A stretch of DNA of 49,062 bases, filler included, from Sphacelaria rigidula (taxonomy: Eukaryota): NCBI GenBank assembly GCA_964200075.2. It is 3 parts of 3 records of this genome, joined end to end, with 100 filler letters (N's around TTAATTAATTAA, not from the genome) between each part and the next. Parts side by side here need not be neighbours in the genome. Positions count along the whole stretch, not along the records: positions 32,780 to 49,062 come from CAXNAA020001410.1; 2 more parts are not named here. One strand, written 5' to 3'. The position numbers were made by a program, and so were the translations under genes. Within the stretch, counting starts at the first letter, position 1. The number at the start of each line of letters is the position of its first letter. The notes under the pieces are model-generated. The model was not told the DNA's origin. It ran no database searches and saw only the letters and a program-made list of their open reading frames with translations. Below, in pieces: positions 47,006 through 49,062 of the stretch.

Positions 47006-49062
47006 CTCATGAAAGCATTGTTATGCGAGGATTGTGCCAGGTTCAGCGATGATCCATGTGACAGCTTGTCCTGCACGTTGAACAGCCTCGGATTTTCTGG
47101 AACATCGATGTCGGAAACCTCAGCAGTCGGCCGAGAACGCTACATACAGTAGTTGGGACAAACCAAACGGGATTCGTCATGTACTTGGAGACTCATTCAA
47201 AAATTCAACTCCTTTTTGAATGTCGGGATTCCGGAGGATCTCCGGTTTGGATCTCCCGACCTATACCAACGCGCGATTGAAAAAAAAAAAATCCCCAGGG
47301 CGAGCGGGCAACAAAAATGTTGGGGAAAATGTTGAGGCACTGGAAGAGTGGTAGGTGACTAAACATAATCCAGGGTAAAAATCCCACGGAGAGTATTTTC
47401 CGGGAAAGAGCTAGCTATGGAACCCAACATACGCAGAAAGACATCTGGGAGAGTGCCCACAAAAATCCTCATAGCTACACGCCGAAACAGGCAAGCTATA
47501 CAAGTACAAACCTCTTCTCTTGTCGAAAGATGCACTAAGAGCCTCACGGGGGGGGGATGGTATACTTGATGAGCTTGCATGTCGTTGTCATAATACCCTT
47601 TACGTCGCATTCCTGCAAAGGGCGGGACGAAGTACGCCGGGTTTTCGCTGCAACAGGCCAAGCGCGAAACCGTGACGTGATACGCGAGTTACATGAGGGA
47701 TGAGCTAACATTGTTCGGCCCGAAGCGCACTGTTTGGCTTGCATATGGATGACAGCCTCAAATAAGTTGCCGCTTCATTTATGTCATCACCATTATCGAA
47801 ACATTGCATATAGTAGTACGGTCGTCCACTTTGCGCAACGTTGAGTTTGGTGGGCGGAGGGGGGTTGGGGTGATGTGGATACCACCACATATGGGGTAAA
47901 AGAATCCCCTCAAGTGTTCATCGCGGTTACATCACAGCTGCTGACTTAACGTGAAGAAGACCGGAAGGACAGATTCGAGTTGAAGTAAAACAATCACGTT
48001 TCAACGTGTTCACATACCCCATAGTTCACTGGGGTTATAATTTCCACTCGCTGGGCAGCAAATTGGTCCATCTCTCGGCAGGCGGGAACTTCAAACAGAA
48101 CTCCTGTCGAACCGATTGTTATTTTTGAGCCGCTCCGAGATGTGTTTTAATTCATCAACCGCTTTGTCCCTAGGCAACCCTTCCAGGAGGCCAACACGGT
48201 AACACTCGGGAAAGAACAAATAAACATTGTCAAATGTTCCACCGAGTCGAATTCAAGCACGTGAGAAGTTCTGAACGCCAATTCTTTCGTCCACCTACTT
48301 TTTTCATCATGTGAAATAATCCAGGATATGAAACAAAACAGTACACGAGCAACGTCGCCAAACTCATTTGCCCGATGCCCCGTGCAGTATGTATGTGTCG
48401 CACGCATGACAGGCAACAAACACACACCCTAGACACAGTTTTGATGCACGCAACACACCTCCACGCTACCTGTGCGAGAGCGAGTGAAATATATCCCCCC
48501 CCCGCCCGCCCGCCCGCCCACCTCCCCTCAGTAAACATTGCGATTCACGCTCGGTACGGTACACACTCAGACACTCGACCAAAATACAAATGCGTGAAAC
48601 ACGCACGCAACTCTCATGAGGCAAACACACACGCAACAAACACACGCTTTCAAGTCAACGAAAAGTCCCCACGCCATCAACACAGGGACAGTGCGGGATC
48701 TTCGGGGTTACCGCCAGGGACGCGTATTCTCGAAACGTCACACTCGACAACGACAACGACTCGCACGAGAAGCCCGACAGGCACACCCCGCAATCCAAAG
48801 GAACTCCTGTGCGTCAGAAACAAGGTCGATGCCGGATCAGAAACGCTCTTTGCTCGCACCGCATCGCGGTAAAAAACACTTTCGACCATCAGCACCACTG
48901 CCATTATCCAATATCCACACGCGTGTAATGCACTGCCATTATCCAATCACCCCCCGCAAAAGCCGTATCATACGGCACACACAACCCCCCCCCCCCCCCC
49001 CCCCCCCCCCTCCCTTTTCCTCGGTCACAACACCACAGACGCCACCCCAAACAAAAAACAAC

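Overview
Eukaryotic, intron-rich DNA. Gene structure, bipartite plastid-targeting presequences and a 126-nt TPR exon array point to a brown alga (Phaeophyceae, Ectocarpus-like); this assignment is an inference. The window is not one locus. It is three contigs (1-16292, 16393-32679, 32780-49062; 16292, 16287 and 16283 bp, descending in size) joined by artificial N44-TTAATTAATTAA-N44 linkers. Contig 1 holds the 3' 11 exons (~2350 codons) of a giant minus-strand HECT E3 ubiquitin ligase (SPRY, MORN-like, two SH3-like modules, SPRY, HECT). Contig 2 holds the most striking feature: a ~9.7-kb tandem array of 18 phase-0 exon cassettes, 17 of 126 nt that each encode one 42-aa TPR and one with an in-frame deletion. 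The cassettes sit in near-identical ~293-nt introns, are all stop-free, vary mainly on one helix face and show patchwork similarity between distant copies. A LINE fragment and a non-autonomous element interrupt the array, and no N-terminal (e.g. NB-ARC) exon is visible on the contig. Contig 3 holds exon 1 of a plastid-type ferrochelatase head-to-head with a 9-exon gene for an uncharacterised plastid-targeted protein, plus several MITE-like elements. All gene models were spliced by eye (GT-AG, phase-checked); no database search was possible.
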